A DNA stretch of 64,000 nucleotides. It comes from Fistulifera solaris. Lineage: Eukaryota. This document shows, piece by piece, positions 37,809 through 50,522 of this stretch (the stretch's first letter is position 1; the number at the start of each line of letters is the position of its first letter). A program made the translations under genes and the position numbers. The stretch lies in the NCBI GenBank assembly GCA_030295235.1, contig AP026145.1, positions 310,001-374,000 of the forward strand. Reading direction: 5' to 3'. The notes under the pieces are model-generated. The model saw nothing but the letters and a program-made list of their open reading frames with translations. It made no database searches and was not told the DNA's origin.

Positions 37809-38604
37809 GATTTTCGTGTAAGTTGACAAGAATGTTTAAAGTATATAACTAGTTGGTGTTGATGAGTCTATTTTGGAATGAGTAGTAACTTATTCATTTC
37901 GTAAACAACTTTCGAGCGCTCTCATCATGGTGTGTAAAATAATAATGTCGTCCGTCCTTTTGCATTCGATCGGTGAGACGAACAGACACGTGCATCCATT
38001 TTCCATTTTCCATCCATCAATGAGCACATTCATTGCTCATTGCCATCCATGACCTCATGACTAATGCAGTCGTGGTTTCCTTAAACCATCACTTTGAGTC
38101 TATAGTAAAAACGGAAGACAACGTTTCGCAAGGCTCTTCGACCTAAAACGTGATGATATGTACCTGGTAATGTAAACCTTACTAAAACCTATTTCATTGC
38201 AACAACGATAAATGGAGCTGAAGATTCTCATGCTGAACGAACGAGTTGCACGCAGCATTGTCGTTCGAAAGAGTATTGCTTCGTGACTGAAGTGGCGAAA
38301 TACGGATAACACTATTTGTACGAAATCCTTTATAGACGGACGACGATGGACGTTATTCGTGATTGAAAATGTACCAGGTACTTGACTGAAAAAGGATGAG
38401 CGTCAACGATGGGAAGTGTCACATTTCGTTCCGACGCGATCCTTTTTTCGATTATCGTGTTGTCGTTTTCTCCCTCTTTCGCCCCGCACGAAAAAAGGTG
38501 TCACGTCGAAAACGAAAACAGCAAGACGCAAAAGCATTCCTTCCATGGCTCCTCACAAGTCATCATCGTCCAGCGTACCATTCACAGCGAACAGCAACAA
38601 TACA

Positions 38605-39623
38605 ATGAGTGACTTTCAATCGGAAGCAAGCGATTTGCTTCCATCGATGTCTTCCAATGTCGCGGGCGAGCCATCACGTACCGTCAAGCCGCAACCCAAA
38701 CGTAAGACATTGACTTTTTCGTTTCCGTTTCTGGTCGCTTGCACTCACAAACGCACGTTTCCTTCTCTCTAGCCGACTCGATGCTCAAAAGTTTTCTGGC
38801 GGGCGGTGTGGGTGGTGTATGCGTCGTGCTCGTCGGACATCCCCTCGATTTGATTAAAGTGCGCATGCAAACGGGTGTCGGAGGATCGGTTCTGGGCATG
38901 TTTGCCGACACCTTTCGACAACACGGTATTCGAGGGTTGTATCGCGGTGTTTCGGCTCCGCTGATTGGTGTCAGTCCCATCTTTGCGCTCAGTTTCTGGG
39001 GTTACGATGTCGGACAACGATTCGTGCGATGGTCGACGGGTCATGAAGGAGAATTGACTTTGACACACAAATGCATTGCCGGTGGGCTTTCGGCCATTCC
39101 CACTACCATTGTCATGGCTCCTGTCGAACGAATCAAATGTTTGTTGCAGACCAGCTCGGCGGGACAATACAAGGGCTTTTCCGATTGCGCCGCGTCGGTG
39201 TATCGATCGGGTGGTGTGACCAGTTTGTACCGTGGAACGATATTGACTCTATTGCGAGATGGGCCCGGCAGTGTGGCTTGGTTTGGCATGTACGAGTTCA
39301 CGAAAAAAGCCATGATGCAGGCACAAGGCATGGAGGATACGTCCCAGTTGTCCCCCATTGCCGTCTTGACGGCCGGAGGTTTAGCCGGTATTGCCAACTG
39401 GTCCATTGCTATTCCACCCGATGTACTGAAAAGTCGTTTTCAATCGGCTCCCGATGGTACGTATAAGAACATTGCCGACGTGTACCGTCAGTTGGTGCAG
39501 AAGGAAGGACACGGAGCATTGTTTGCGGGCCTCCGACCGGCCATGTTGAGAGCTTTCCCGGCGAATGCGGCATGTTTCATGGGAATGGAAGTCGCACGAA
39601 AGGCTCTTAGTTTCATGGACTAA
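38605..39623 (+). CDS. Mitochondrial carrier, carnitine/acylcarnitine translocase (SLC25A20)-like
   Basis: Three PxD/ExxK motifs (HPLDLIKVRMQ, APVERIKCLLQ, IPPDVLKSRFQ), LLRDGPGS and LRAFPANAA. Exon 1 38605-38701, intron 38702-38772. Confidence 0.92.
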
Positions 39624-39822
39624 CGAATCTGAGTAGATTTGAATGAAAGAAATGATGAAACACACAAAGTACAAAAGAGAACCGTCAAGAGCCGTTCATT
39701 CCGTAGCATTCACATCCGTATTGTGAACGGTCGATACCATACAACACACTGGAATCGTCATAAAATGATAGATGCATTTGAACTATGAAACCTTTTGTCT
39801 TTTTTATGCTACAAAAAGCTGT

Positions 39823-40098
39823 TTAGCGGAGTGTCGATTGTTCTTGCGCTAATTGCCGGTGCGTCCGCCGGACGGCACGAAAGCATTCCTTGACCGCCGC
39901 AAATTCACTCGCACAAGCATCTTTCAAAAGAACGCCTTCGTCCTCATTCTTCTTTAGAACACAGGCGGCATAGGCGTGAATAGCATCCGGACACGCTTCT
40001 TCTTTCATGATGCTGTAGTACTTTGTGAACCGATTGGGGAGTTGTTGGCTTGTGCGTTGCGGCACGCTCGACGCAAACGTTCGTATGGATCGATTCAT
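39823..40098 (-). CDS. Twin CX9C mitochondrial intermembrane-space protein (NDUFAF8-like)
   Basis: 91-aa ORF with CPDAIHAYAAC and CASEFAAVKEC. Confidence 0.75.
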   Translation of the reverse strand: MNRSIRTFASSVPQRTSQQLPNRFTKYYSIMKEEACPDAIHAYAACVLKKNEDEGVLLKDACASEFAAVKECFRAVRRTHRQLAQEQSTLR

Positions 40099-40399
40099 GA
40101 GAAAAGAAGATCAGTTGATGCAATACAATCAAAAATTACGAACAAACAAGATGAACACAAGCTTCATCTTCCTCCATTTGACGCGAAAAGGCATTCGACA
40201 AAAACTCTCATTTTTGCCTCACAATCCCCTTGCAAAATGTTAGGGATTTTACTTAGCAAAATGCGACGTATTCTAGATAAGAATCGAAAACCACTTTAGA
40301 AGTATAGTTGTTTGTGTACCCGGAAATCCATAAGCAAACAAGATGCTTTGAGTTTTTATTAAGGGTTATCCAACGTTTAGTGTGATAACCTTAATCGAT

Positions 40400-42679
40400 T
40401 GAGTTATTGCTTAAGATTTCCTACTACACAAACAGATATACTTCATAGATGGTAATGAAAGCCTATTTAGAATCCGTCGCTTTTTCTAAGTATAAACCGT
40501 AACTTTCAGCAAGGGGATTGCAAGGCAAAAATAAGACTTTTTGTTGATCGCCTTGTAACAATAACAATTTATTTGAGATTATATTTTAAGTCCTATCCAC
40601 GTTGTAGGGATTTACTCTTGTCGAAGTAGACCGCTAGAACTGATTGTATATTCCCCTTGGCCTTGTCGTAATCATCGAAGGCAACTTTATACGCAATATT
40701 CTTTGTCAAACAGCTATGCGTGACAAAGTTCTCATGAAATACAAGCTATGAAGTGCTTCGATAGTTACAGGCTCTTCTACAGTTGTTAGCCAGTGAAAAG
40801 CACGAATATAGGGAGAGGGGAATCGCTCGCGAGACAGCGTGTTGAAAGAGGATTCACGGAGCTCGGGGTCACCTTGAGCGATTGGAAAGGAAACCGCTGC
40901 ACCGAGGGCCTTTGTCGAGAACAGGCGCATTTATGGTCCGGTTGTTGCGTTTAATTGAAAGTTTCACACTAGAAGAGGTGAAATACATTCATCTGCCCAT
41001 TCGTCACAAGCCAGACATTGCTTCATACGCTCCATTGAGGTCGGCTTGTTACACAAGCATGACGACTTCCTCTCTAGCAACAATTCGGCCAGCATAAAAA
41101 CCAAACAACCTACACAAGGAATGCCCGAATTTTCAAGACGACGAGCACTTGCTACGAACGACGATCATTTCAGTTCCGAGATGAGACCGCAACAGGGAAT
41201 TCTTGACGGCCACTTACCCTTAAAATACAATGGAACACATGTCTTTAGGGTTTTGACTTCTTCCTAGTATTGATGTGCTACAAATCAACAAGTTCAAACG
41301 TTTTTGGAAAGGATGCCTGCAAAGACCAGCCTGCATGTTGAAATCTGCGTATTCTATTCTTGTTGAATGATGAAATAATGTGCAAACAATTTAGTGGTGA
41401 CCAACTCGTCGCAACGACTTTCGCAAGTCACGAAAAACTCACTGGCCGAAGGACCTATCTATCCGACCGTTCTGCTATTACTGAATCAGTCGCCACAGCG
41501 AAACATTTCTGGCGATCCTTTCAAGTTATATTTATCGGCCTTTGCGTTGCTCGATAGGCGGGCCTCCTTGTGACTGTTTTCTGTGCTTATCGAAACGACG
41601 CAGGAATAGATAGGTTGTGGATCCAATGGATAGTTTGATGGTTTACAATGTTCAGACCACCTTCAGCATTCACTGGCAACTCTTACAAAGTGTTTAAATG
41701 AGTAGACGGCATTAAGCTCATTCAGGGAAAATCGGGCACTGCAATCCCGAGCTTGTGAAGCTGTATTCGTTTTTCTCAAATTGTCTTTCTACGCGTTTGA
41801 GGGGGTCAAAGTTGTATAGCCAGTCGCTTTTGCGTTTATATGGATTGAATGACGCCTGGTTTTAGTGGCGTTGCGGTAACAAACGTCATACCAGTTGATC
41901 AATGCACAAGCTGCCGCGAAATCGACTACCGGCTTTCCTCGTCGCTTGGCAGACTTAACACCGCCCATTGGGACCGCAATGACATCGTAGTAGAGCATCT
42001 GTTCGAGGTTAACACAAAGATTGTGATACAGTCATCGATCGCATTTTTAAGTTGTCGTGTTTTCGCGTCATAATCATAGAAGCAATACCCTCGCGATGGT
42101 GTTACCAGGGACTAGGAAACAGGAGACGACCTTTTCAAAGGCCTCAAACTTCGTGCCTTTCTGACCAATTAAATACGTAATTTGATAACACACCGCCCAC
42201 AGCCAACATGCTAGATCAGTGGCACCGTCTTGTTTTCATAAGAGAAAGCGCACAGAGTTGATGATTTCCCATATTGTTTTCCAGTCGATGACAAGCCGTA
42301 AGAGTTTTCGGTCACTTCCGACAAAGCCCGAGAATTCCTCACAACCAGTTGACAGCGCTGATTACAAATCTTACTACTTCTGATACTTTGAAGAAGAAGC
42401 AGCACGGAGTTGTGCAATCTGCGATCTTACTTCGTTCCGGACCTTCTTGAGATGACCAAGGTGTTGCGCTAGCTCATCGCGGGCCTCTTTACGGCGGCGG
42501 GCTGCCTGGAAAATATCTTGCACGTCCTCCATGTCGACAGATTCGTCCCGCGTCTTTCCACCTTTACGACGTGCCACGAAAAATAAAACAATCAGAAGGG
42601 TCGCAACGTATGCGCCGAAAATTGCAAGGAATGGGTTTCCGCTCGCGTAAAAATAAGCACCCGATGCTGCCTCGCCCAT
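40400..42679 (-). pseudogene. Possible decayed gene: intact TM plus coiled-coil N-terminus followed by stop-interrupted coding-like frames
   Basis: ORF 42679-42374 continues in frame past stops into protein-like text (…LLRLVIDWKTIWEIINSVRFLL*KQDGATDLACWLWAVCYQITYLIGQKGTKFEAFEKVVSCFLVPG…). No other gene occupies this ~2.3-kb stretch. Confidence 0.3.
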
Positions 42680-42774
42680 CCTTCTCGAATTCAGGCTTAT
42701 TGACAGCGTGATTCTTTCATCGAAGTTTACGTCAATTGTTGTTTACTGGTAATAGTGGCATTTGTGGCCAACAA

Positions 42775-44015
42775 AACCAGATTTTCAGAAAAGTCCGGGG
42801 CGGTCCTATAATTCTGGACCTGTTGAATTCCAATAGTACAGAAAATCTGGGGAAGTCCAGAAATTCTGGACCAAGTGAATTTCGTTCATACAGAAAATCT
42901 GGGGTGGTCCAGAAATTCTGGACCAGTTGTATTTCATTCATACAGAAAATCTGGGGCATTCCAGAAATTCTGGACAAGTAGGATTCAATTCATACAGAAA
43001 TTTTTGAACTCTGGACCAGGTGTATTTTATTCTGGAAAAGCTGTATTCATTCATACAGAACATCTGGATTGGTCCAGAAATACTGGACCAGGTGTATTTC
43101 ATATAACAGAAAATCTGGACTTGTCCAGAAATTCTGAAGCAGGTGTATTTCATTCAAACAGAATATCTGGACTAGTCCAGAAATTCTGGAGCAAGTGTAT
43201 TTCATTCATACAGAAAATCTGGGCTGGTCCAGAAATTCTGGACCAGTTGTATTTCATTCATAAAGAAGATCTGGACTGGTCCAGAAATTCTAAACCAGGT
43301 GTATTTCTTTCATACAGAAAATCTGGGCTGGTCCAGAAATTCTAGACCAGTGGGATTTCATTCATACAGAAAATCTGGGGTGGTCCAGAAATTCTGGACC
43401 ATTAGGATTTCATTCATACAGAACATCTGGATTGGTCCAGAAATACTGGACCAAGTGTATTTCATTCATACAGAAGATCTCCAGAAATCCTGAACCAGGT
43501 GTATTTCATTCATACAGAAAACCTGGGCTGGTCCAGAAATTCTGGACCAGTTGTATTTCATTCCTACAGAAGATCTGGGCTGGTCCAGAAATTCTGGACC
43601 ACTTGTGTTTCATTCATACAAAGATCATGGCTGGTCCAGAAAATCTGGCCCACTTGTATTTCATTCGTACAGTACAGAAAATCGGGGGCTGGTACAGAAA
43701 TTCAGGACCAATTGTATTTCATTCAAACAGAAAATCTGGGCTGGTCCAGAAATTCTGGACCAGTTGTTTTTCAATCATACAGAAATTCTGGACCAATTCC
43801 ATTTCTTTCATATAGAAAATGTGGGCTGGTTCAGAAATTCTAGACCAGTGGGATTTCATTCATACAGAAAATTTGGGGTGGTCCAGAAATTCTGGATAGA
43901 TTTGGTGAAGTTCTTTCATACAGAATATCTGGGGCGGTCCAGAAATTCTGGACCATTAGGATTTCATTCATACAGATAATCTGGGGCGGTCCAGAAATTC
44001 TGGACCAGGTGTATT
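42775..44015. repeat. Tandem array of ~52-bp monomers (about 22-24 diverged copies) with the 23-bp dyad CTGGTCCAGAA-A-TTCTGGACCAG
   Basis: Typical unit TTCATTCATACAGAAAATCTGGGCTGGTCCAGAAATTCTGGACCAGTTGTAT at 43201-43252, next unit at 43253. Confidence 0.97.
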
Positions 44016-44018
44016 AGA

Positions 44019-44165
44019 TTTTCTGGAAACGTGGAAGCACCACACTCGCAGAGTTTCTGGACAAGTGATTTTCCCACTCACTCACATTTTCTGGAGACGT
44101 GGAAACACCACACTCCCAGTTTTCTGGAAGGGTGAAAACACCACTCGCCCATTTTTTCTGGGGGC
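44019..44165. repeat. Short degenerate ~33-35-bp repeats starting with TTTCTGG (about 4 copies) at the right end of the second array
   Basis: TTTCTGGAAACGTGGAAGCACCACACTCG, TTTCTGGAGACGTGGAAACACCACACTCC and TTTCTGGAAGGGTGAAAACACCACTCG. Confidence 0.7.
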
Positions 44166-44333
44166 GTCAAAGTTCCACACGCCCGTGACAGAAGAGGAAA
44201 ACTGCTCTCGACGTTGCGGTACTTGATTCGTTTATAAACAAAACGTCGTTTCGCGTCCATCGAAAAACGAAACATGCCTTGAATTTTTTTCACGGAAAGA
44301 ACCATGTGATGTGAGATTCTCTTCAGCATAGCA

Positions 44334-45412
44334 ATGCCTAACGGATTGCGAAGGCAAGGCAACGAGGTGTCTTCACATCGATCATCCCGCCCAGAAGAGA
44401 ATATGACGAAAGAAGCTATGAAGTCCGGAGACAAGAAAAAGAGCAGTAATAGGAAGTACGACGACTCTTCCAAGCGTCCCCACAAAGGACCTGTTACGCA
44501 CAACAAGAAACAACAAAAGTCACCCGGCAACAAGCAGGAGAAAAGCAACGAACCAGTATGGAGTAAAAGTAAAAGAAGCGTATGCGTGGATTGAAGGCCA
44601 AGCAAGCGAAACGAGACGCTTCTGCTTCGGCTCCTTCGGAATCCCCACACGTGACCAATATCCAGGAAGACAATACGACCGAACCAAACAAACAAAGCCA
44701 GACGATGTCAACATTGCAAAAATCATTTCAGGATCGATTATCGGGTTCACGTTTTCGTGTACTGAATGAAGAACTGTATACACAACCCTCGTGGGAAGCT
44801 TTTCAAAAATTTCAAGCCAACCCGGAACTCTTTGATCAGTATCATGCCGGATATCGCAAACAAACGGAACAATGGCCAACCAATCCGGTCCACGTCATTT
44901 TGCAGAAAATACAAAGTTACTCATCTCAGTCGAAATCAAAGACCCCCTTGGTGATTGCCGATTTTGGTTGTGGTGATGCCGAAATTGCGCAGCGCTTACG
45001 GGATGACACAACGTTTCGTGTGCATTCGTTTGATTTGGTGGCGAAAAGTGAGCTTGTGACGGCATGTGACATGTCCAAAGTTCCCTTGGAGTCACAGACG
45101 GTCGATCTTGCGGTATTTTGTTTGTCTCTCATGGGAACGAATTTGGCCGATTTTGTTCGAGAAGCCTTCCGTGTATTGGAAACCAACGGGACAGTTGTTT
45201 GTGGCCGAAGTCCGATCACGTTTCGAATCGAAAGAGTCCAAAGACGATTTATTAGAGCACTTTTACAAGCCATGGAGAAATTGGGATTTACTTGTCGTAA
45301 AACTGATCGAAAGAATAAAATGTTCTTCTTGATGGAATTCGAGAAGAATGGCAAGAAACCCGATCCGAAACTCGAATATACCGCCAAGGCATGTATCTAC
45401 AAACGTAGATAG
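44334..45412 (+). CDS. RRP8: Ribosomal RNA m1A methyltransferase Rrp8/nucleomethylin
   Basis: RLSGSRFRVLNEELYT, YHAGYRKQTEQWPTNPV, IADFGCGDA, VHSFDLV, AVFCLSLMGTN, AEVRSRF (shifted frame) and ACIYKRR. Indels near 44575 and 45200-45255. Start is uncertain (44334 or 44403). Confidence 0.92.
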
Positions 45413-45503
45413 GTAAGAATAATACGTCTAGGATCTAACATCGACTATACACACGGGATCTATTAAGCGTATTCTTCAAGCGTATTCTTTGATCGCCGGT
45501 CCT

Positions 45504-47274
45504 TCATGTCCACATCTTGATCACTCCATCCCATCCGCACGTAAAAACTGTCGAGGGTTCGAGTGGATGCCACGCGCAGCAAATAGCAGGACCTCTGCTG
45601 TGCGCTTTGTATCGTTGCAGAATCCGGTGCTTCTTCCAGTCCCAAATGAACAAGCTCCCCGTTCCATCCCCACTTACGAGAAATTGTCCATCGGTACTAA
45701 ACGCCATCTCACAAGCATATCCCGACACGACGTGACCGGAGAACTTGCGTTTCTTTTGCAGCGAGAACCGATTACCCGCTTGAAAAACAGTGATCGTATT
45801 GTCCAGACTTTGACCCACAAAGAATGGCTCAGTGGGGTGCAACACCAGACAGGGCATGGAATGCACGGTGGGATCCGAAATGTACTTGACTGGCACACCA
45901 ATATCCCATTCCCAAACCAAAATCTTTTTTATCATCACTGCTCGTGACCATTTTGGTCGTTCCTTGATCTTCGACAAAGACGATAGCATTGACCGGAGCC
46001 AAGTGATGGTTGTACTCTTGTGTTATCTGGCCCGTTGTCGCATCATACGTGACGATCTTGTTGTCACTGCAACCGACGACAAAATAGTTATCATCGTGAG
46101 GATAAAACTGTACCACGTACGGAACTTTCTTGTTGGTAAAGGTGTTGAGAACTTGACCACTTTCCGTGTCCCACAAACGCAAGTAACGATCAAAGGATGC
46201 CGAAACGAATTTATTACCACTGTGATTGAATTGAACATCCCGAACTCCCGCCGAATGACCTTCATACGTTCTCATTAATTGTTTTTCGGTAACCGACCAT
46301 ACCATGCATTTTCCATCCAGACCGGCCGAAAGAAGCAAATGTCCCGTTTTCGGAAACAAGCGTACACGGTGCACGCCTTTGCTGTGTCCCATAAATCGAT
46401 GCGAACATTTTTTCGGCACAAAGCACCGCGGTGCATCGGACGTACTCTGCCCCGCCGGTGGAGCGATCCAAGATCGTCCCTTATAATCGTATTCTTGTGC
46501 CGCATGAAACGTCGTTGACGGTTCGAAAGGTGTTTCTTGAAATTTTTGCGGAGGCAACAAATGCGCCATTTTGCGTTCTACCAATCGCTCAAATGCATTC
46601 GTAGTGTCTTCGGCTTCTTCTTCTAAGCCGCGTTGTCGATTTCGTTCTTGAATATAAGCACGTTCCGCCAATTGCTGTGGTGCCAACGGTTCTCCCTTGG
46701 CCATATCCGACAATTGATGCTCGGTCATCCATTCTTCTTCGACCCCCGGCGGTCCCCATACACCATATTCCGCTTCATCATCGGATCCTTGCACTAACGC
46801 ATCTTCTTGTTTGGTGGCAATTTTGGGACGTTTCGCGGTTTGTTCCTGTTGCACCCATTGTTCGAGACGATGCGCATCGTATCCCAGTGTGGTGCGAACC
46901 ATGACGTGACCCTCCGGAGCGAGTGCCTGACCCGTTCGAGCAAATGTCGTGCGCTGTTGTTGAAAGGCCGTGTCATCAAATGCGACGGTCGTCTTGTCGT
47001 TAACTTGTTGTTGCTTGTGAGAAGAAGCAGGATCGATCGGTCCTTGTAAAGGTTGATACAGAACTGATTTCTGTGGATTGTCGTAAAGTATTAATTCACT
47101 TTTCTTTCGTTTGTTCGTAGTGCTATTATCAGTGCGAAGATGAGGCACTGTGAGAGCCGTAGATTGTACAGAGGGAGCCGCATTCAAGTAACGACGATCG
47201 GGTCGTTGCAACGACGGTCGATCGGTTGTTTCGGAATCTTCTTCGACAGAAGAAGCATCATCCAGTAAGTCCAT
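45504..47274 (-). CDS. CDC40: Pre-mRNA processing factor 17 (CDC40/Prp17), WD40 repeat protein
   Basis: EYDYKGRSWI, CFVPKKCSHRFMGHSKGV, FPKTGHLLLSA, QEYNHHLAPVN, TSSDDK and HSMP...GQSLDN...FSGHVVSGYAC. Indel near 45925. Confidence 0.93.
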
Positions 47275-47925
47275 TGAGTCGTTTTCAGTTCAGTATGAAA
47301 GAGAAATTGAGGCAAATGTAAGAGACTGCTGCAGTTGGTTTATAAGGAAATGATAAAGACGATTGACAAGTCGTCGAATGTAGAATGCAACGAAATGTTT
47401 TGGGCCATCGTCGCGACGCTCTCACACGGTCGATGACGGACGACATCAGTAAGTCATGTACGTGTCATCGTAGTTCACGAGATCCTGGAGAACAAAATGG
47501 GTGCGTTGCAACTAATTAGTCGGTTGTTAGCCTCTCTTCTTTGACAGTATCGACTTCAACATGAGACTAAAGCTAGCCTGGCGAAAACTGATTTATCATT
47601 TTTTTAGAGACGGATTCCACCATTGTCAATAATTATCCACAAGAATTGGGCTCGTGACTGTAATCTGTAATCCAGTCTCGGCAAAGTTGCTTTACACTCC
47701 CCGTCTACAGTGAACCAAAGAAGGTCAGACAGTCACTTGAGTCATGTGACGACAAATTCAATTCATTCACGAATGAACGGAACATTCGATGGCGACGATG
47801 ACAATAATGACGATGACGATGACCGCATCATTTCCTTTTATGACAACCAACATAACAACTACTCCGTAGCTTCTAAGAATCATTATAGAATGAGAAGAGC
47901 CTTTGCTCTCTCTTTTTAGTAAAGA

Positions 47926-49055
47926 ATGAAAATACAACGACGCAAACAATTCTCACCGTATGCAACCCATTGTACACGACAACAAAGGCGCATCTTTGGC
48001 TCTTTATTAACCATTTTGGCATTCGTCGCCTACACGACAACTGTGTGGGCGCCCATGGTGGCACAAGAACATGCCTGGGTCGGACTTCGAACCATACAAC
48101 GAAAAAATGGATCTCAAATTCGGCGCAGCCCTTTGTACGTGTTCCCAGTGTCCTCTTTTTCATTATAAATTCTCTTCAATCATCTCACATCCCATCATTT
48201 CGGCTTTTCTGCGTTTATAGAATACCAACGGCGTCGCAAGTGCCGCTAAAAATCTTATCATCGTGGCAGGTCATTCCGTCACCATATCGGGGCATTTGGA
48301 AGATGCGAATCAAGATGAGAATGACTGGTTTCTGCTCGACTATCAACGACACCGAGGATTGCCGGAAGCGATTGTAGGGCACATTCGCGCCGGTATCGCG
48401 GCGGCACAAAAGGATCCGACCAGTTTGTTGGTATTCAGTGGTGGTGAAACACGGGCGGCGACGGGTCCCGAAACGGAAGGAGCGAGTTATTATCGAGTGA
48501 CGGATGCCATGCAATTGTGGCCATCGCCATCGACCGTGCGGGCGAGAACAATTACCGAAGATTTTGCGACGGATTCGTTTGAAAATTTGTACGTCTTGTA
48601 TTGGATGGATCGTTTGCTGTCTGTGTGTCATACTCACCCATTCCACTCTTTAGAATGTTCTCGATATGCCGCTTTCGAGAAGTCACCGGGTCGTATCCGA
48701 ACACTATTACCGTAGTATCCTTCTCATTTAAACAAACGCGATTCCAGACTATGCATGCGAAAGCATTGCGGTGGCCACCGAATCGATTTCAATACATTGG
48801 TGTCGATCCTCCGGCATCCACCGGATTTAAATTGGAAGAAGCCACGAAAGGCGAGCTCGAAAACTCGGTCAAACCCTTCCAATCCGACCCGTACGGGTGT
48901 CACTCCAAAATTTTGCAAGAGAAGCGGAAGCAGCGAAACCCCTTTTCGCGCACTCCGCCCTATACCTGTCGTGTCCGGAAATGAGTGACCTGCTCCGATT
49001 CTGTGGGTCCGATCTGATACCTTTGGACAAAGTGCCGTGGGGCAAAAGGAAATAA
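47926..49055 (+). CDS. DUF218-like (YOR238W-type) conserved protein with N-terminal TM anchor
   Basis: NLIIVAGHSV, LLVFSGGETR, EGASYY, TEDFATDSFENL|MFSICRFREVTGSYPNTITVVSFSFKQTRF, DPYGC and RNPFSR. Introns ~48135-48220 (donor uncertain) and 48589-48653, indel near 48965. Confidence 0.75.
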
Positions 49056-50522
49056 TGTTTGTCATTCTTGCATTTTGATGGCAGTTTTGTACATAATATG
49101 GCTATTAATGAGCATGCTGACAAAGCAATTTAATGTTAGACTAGGCTAGGATTGCTCAGCTAGCCATTCTCTTGGAAATATTATTCAAAGCATTGCCAAC
49201 TTTTTCGTTTTTAGAGGTTCTTTTTAGAGCCATGTCTAGCCTATCAGTTCTCTAAATCTAAAATATCGAGATGTTTACATTTGCTTGCACCATCGGAGCA
49301 CCATCAATGCGGGAACAATTCAGCTAAAGCTAATGGCGAATTTGTTTGTTGCGAAGATCTTCGAATCATCTCCTGATTTGAATTTTGGATTATTCTTCAA
49401 TCAAGCATGGCGCAGTCGGTTAGGCGATGCTGGAAGGAGTTAGGAGTTAGGACCCATCACATCATAGTTGTAGTCGTGGGACGATCGCCGCTTCTGTGTT
49501 GTTGTTGCTGGTTGCTAATTTCTGTCTTGATTGTGACCACACAATTCAGTACTCGCAAAGACAGCAGCGTGAATTAATACACTTTTGCCCATAGAGGACA
49601 GATTGCAGTTTGATTACAGTAGCGTTCAACATGGCGTGGGCGCGGAATGGGGAATGCTCTGATTCAAAAAGTAGGACGAACGTGGAATTTTACTTTTACC
49701 AGTAAAATGATGGAGCTTTCAATTAGTGGCTAGTAACTATCAAGCTTCTTGTAGAACATTTTTAGAGAATTCCTTATACCTTTACGATTCTACACTGTAC
49801 TCGGTACTCAAAAAATTATCGTTTTGAAACGCTGACATCATTTCTACATTTACTTTCAGACTCAAGCAGCGAACAGCATTCTACGTGATTTCGTTGCTTC
49901 TATCTGTGTTCTACACTATGTGCGGCAAGCGGCGTCTTCATTTACTACTGAAAATCTTACGGCGCCGAATACATTCCGCACTGACGTGGTCGTCCACGTA
50001 AGCACAAAATCGAGAAAATTAGCTACGTTCGCAAGACTTCCGGAATCAGAGTCCCAGATTCAGTTCTGAATGGAAATCGCACTATCCAAGTTTCCTACTG
50101 TTTCCTAGTGGGATTTGTCCCATGTCTACTTTTTATTTCTAGTCAATATCCCTTAATCTGGCGTTGAATGTAGTCTTCCAACCGCCCTCCTATAGCCCAC
50201 TTGTAGCCGCCGATGTCGCCGTCTTCCCTCTTCATTCGTTATTTATGCTACACAAACGTAGATTTCAACGTAGTGAAAGTACCGGAAAACGAGTTGTCTG
50301 CGTTGTTGCTGCAGTCGGAGACAAAGGTCAGTTGCCTTTACTGCTCGCAGTTTTTTCGTGCTCAACCTGGATGGAAGCGTTGTTTGCGAGATTGGATTAG
50401 GTTGTATAAAGGGGCGTTGACTACATTTACTCTGCCCATACTCCTTCCAGTTTCTCTACATTTGATTAGACCCGCCCCGCCGATTGGACTTGCGTTGTGA
50501 AGCTCGAGGTAACGCGCTCACA

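Noticed and set aside
25200..44015. CRISPR interpretation of the two palindromic arrays
   Set aside because: The sequences between dyads are themselves repeated rather than unique spacers, no cas genes are present, and the context is eukaryotic with introns.
49696..49704. TTACCAGTA, the reverse complement of the 9-mer left of both arrays, as the right terminus of an element
   Set aside because: It lies more than 5 kb from the second array with ordinary housekeeping genes between. A single 9-mer match is plausible by chance.
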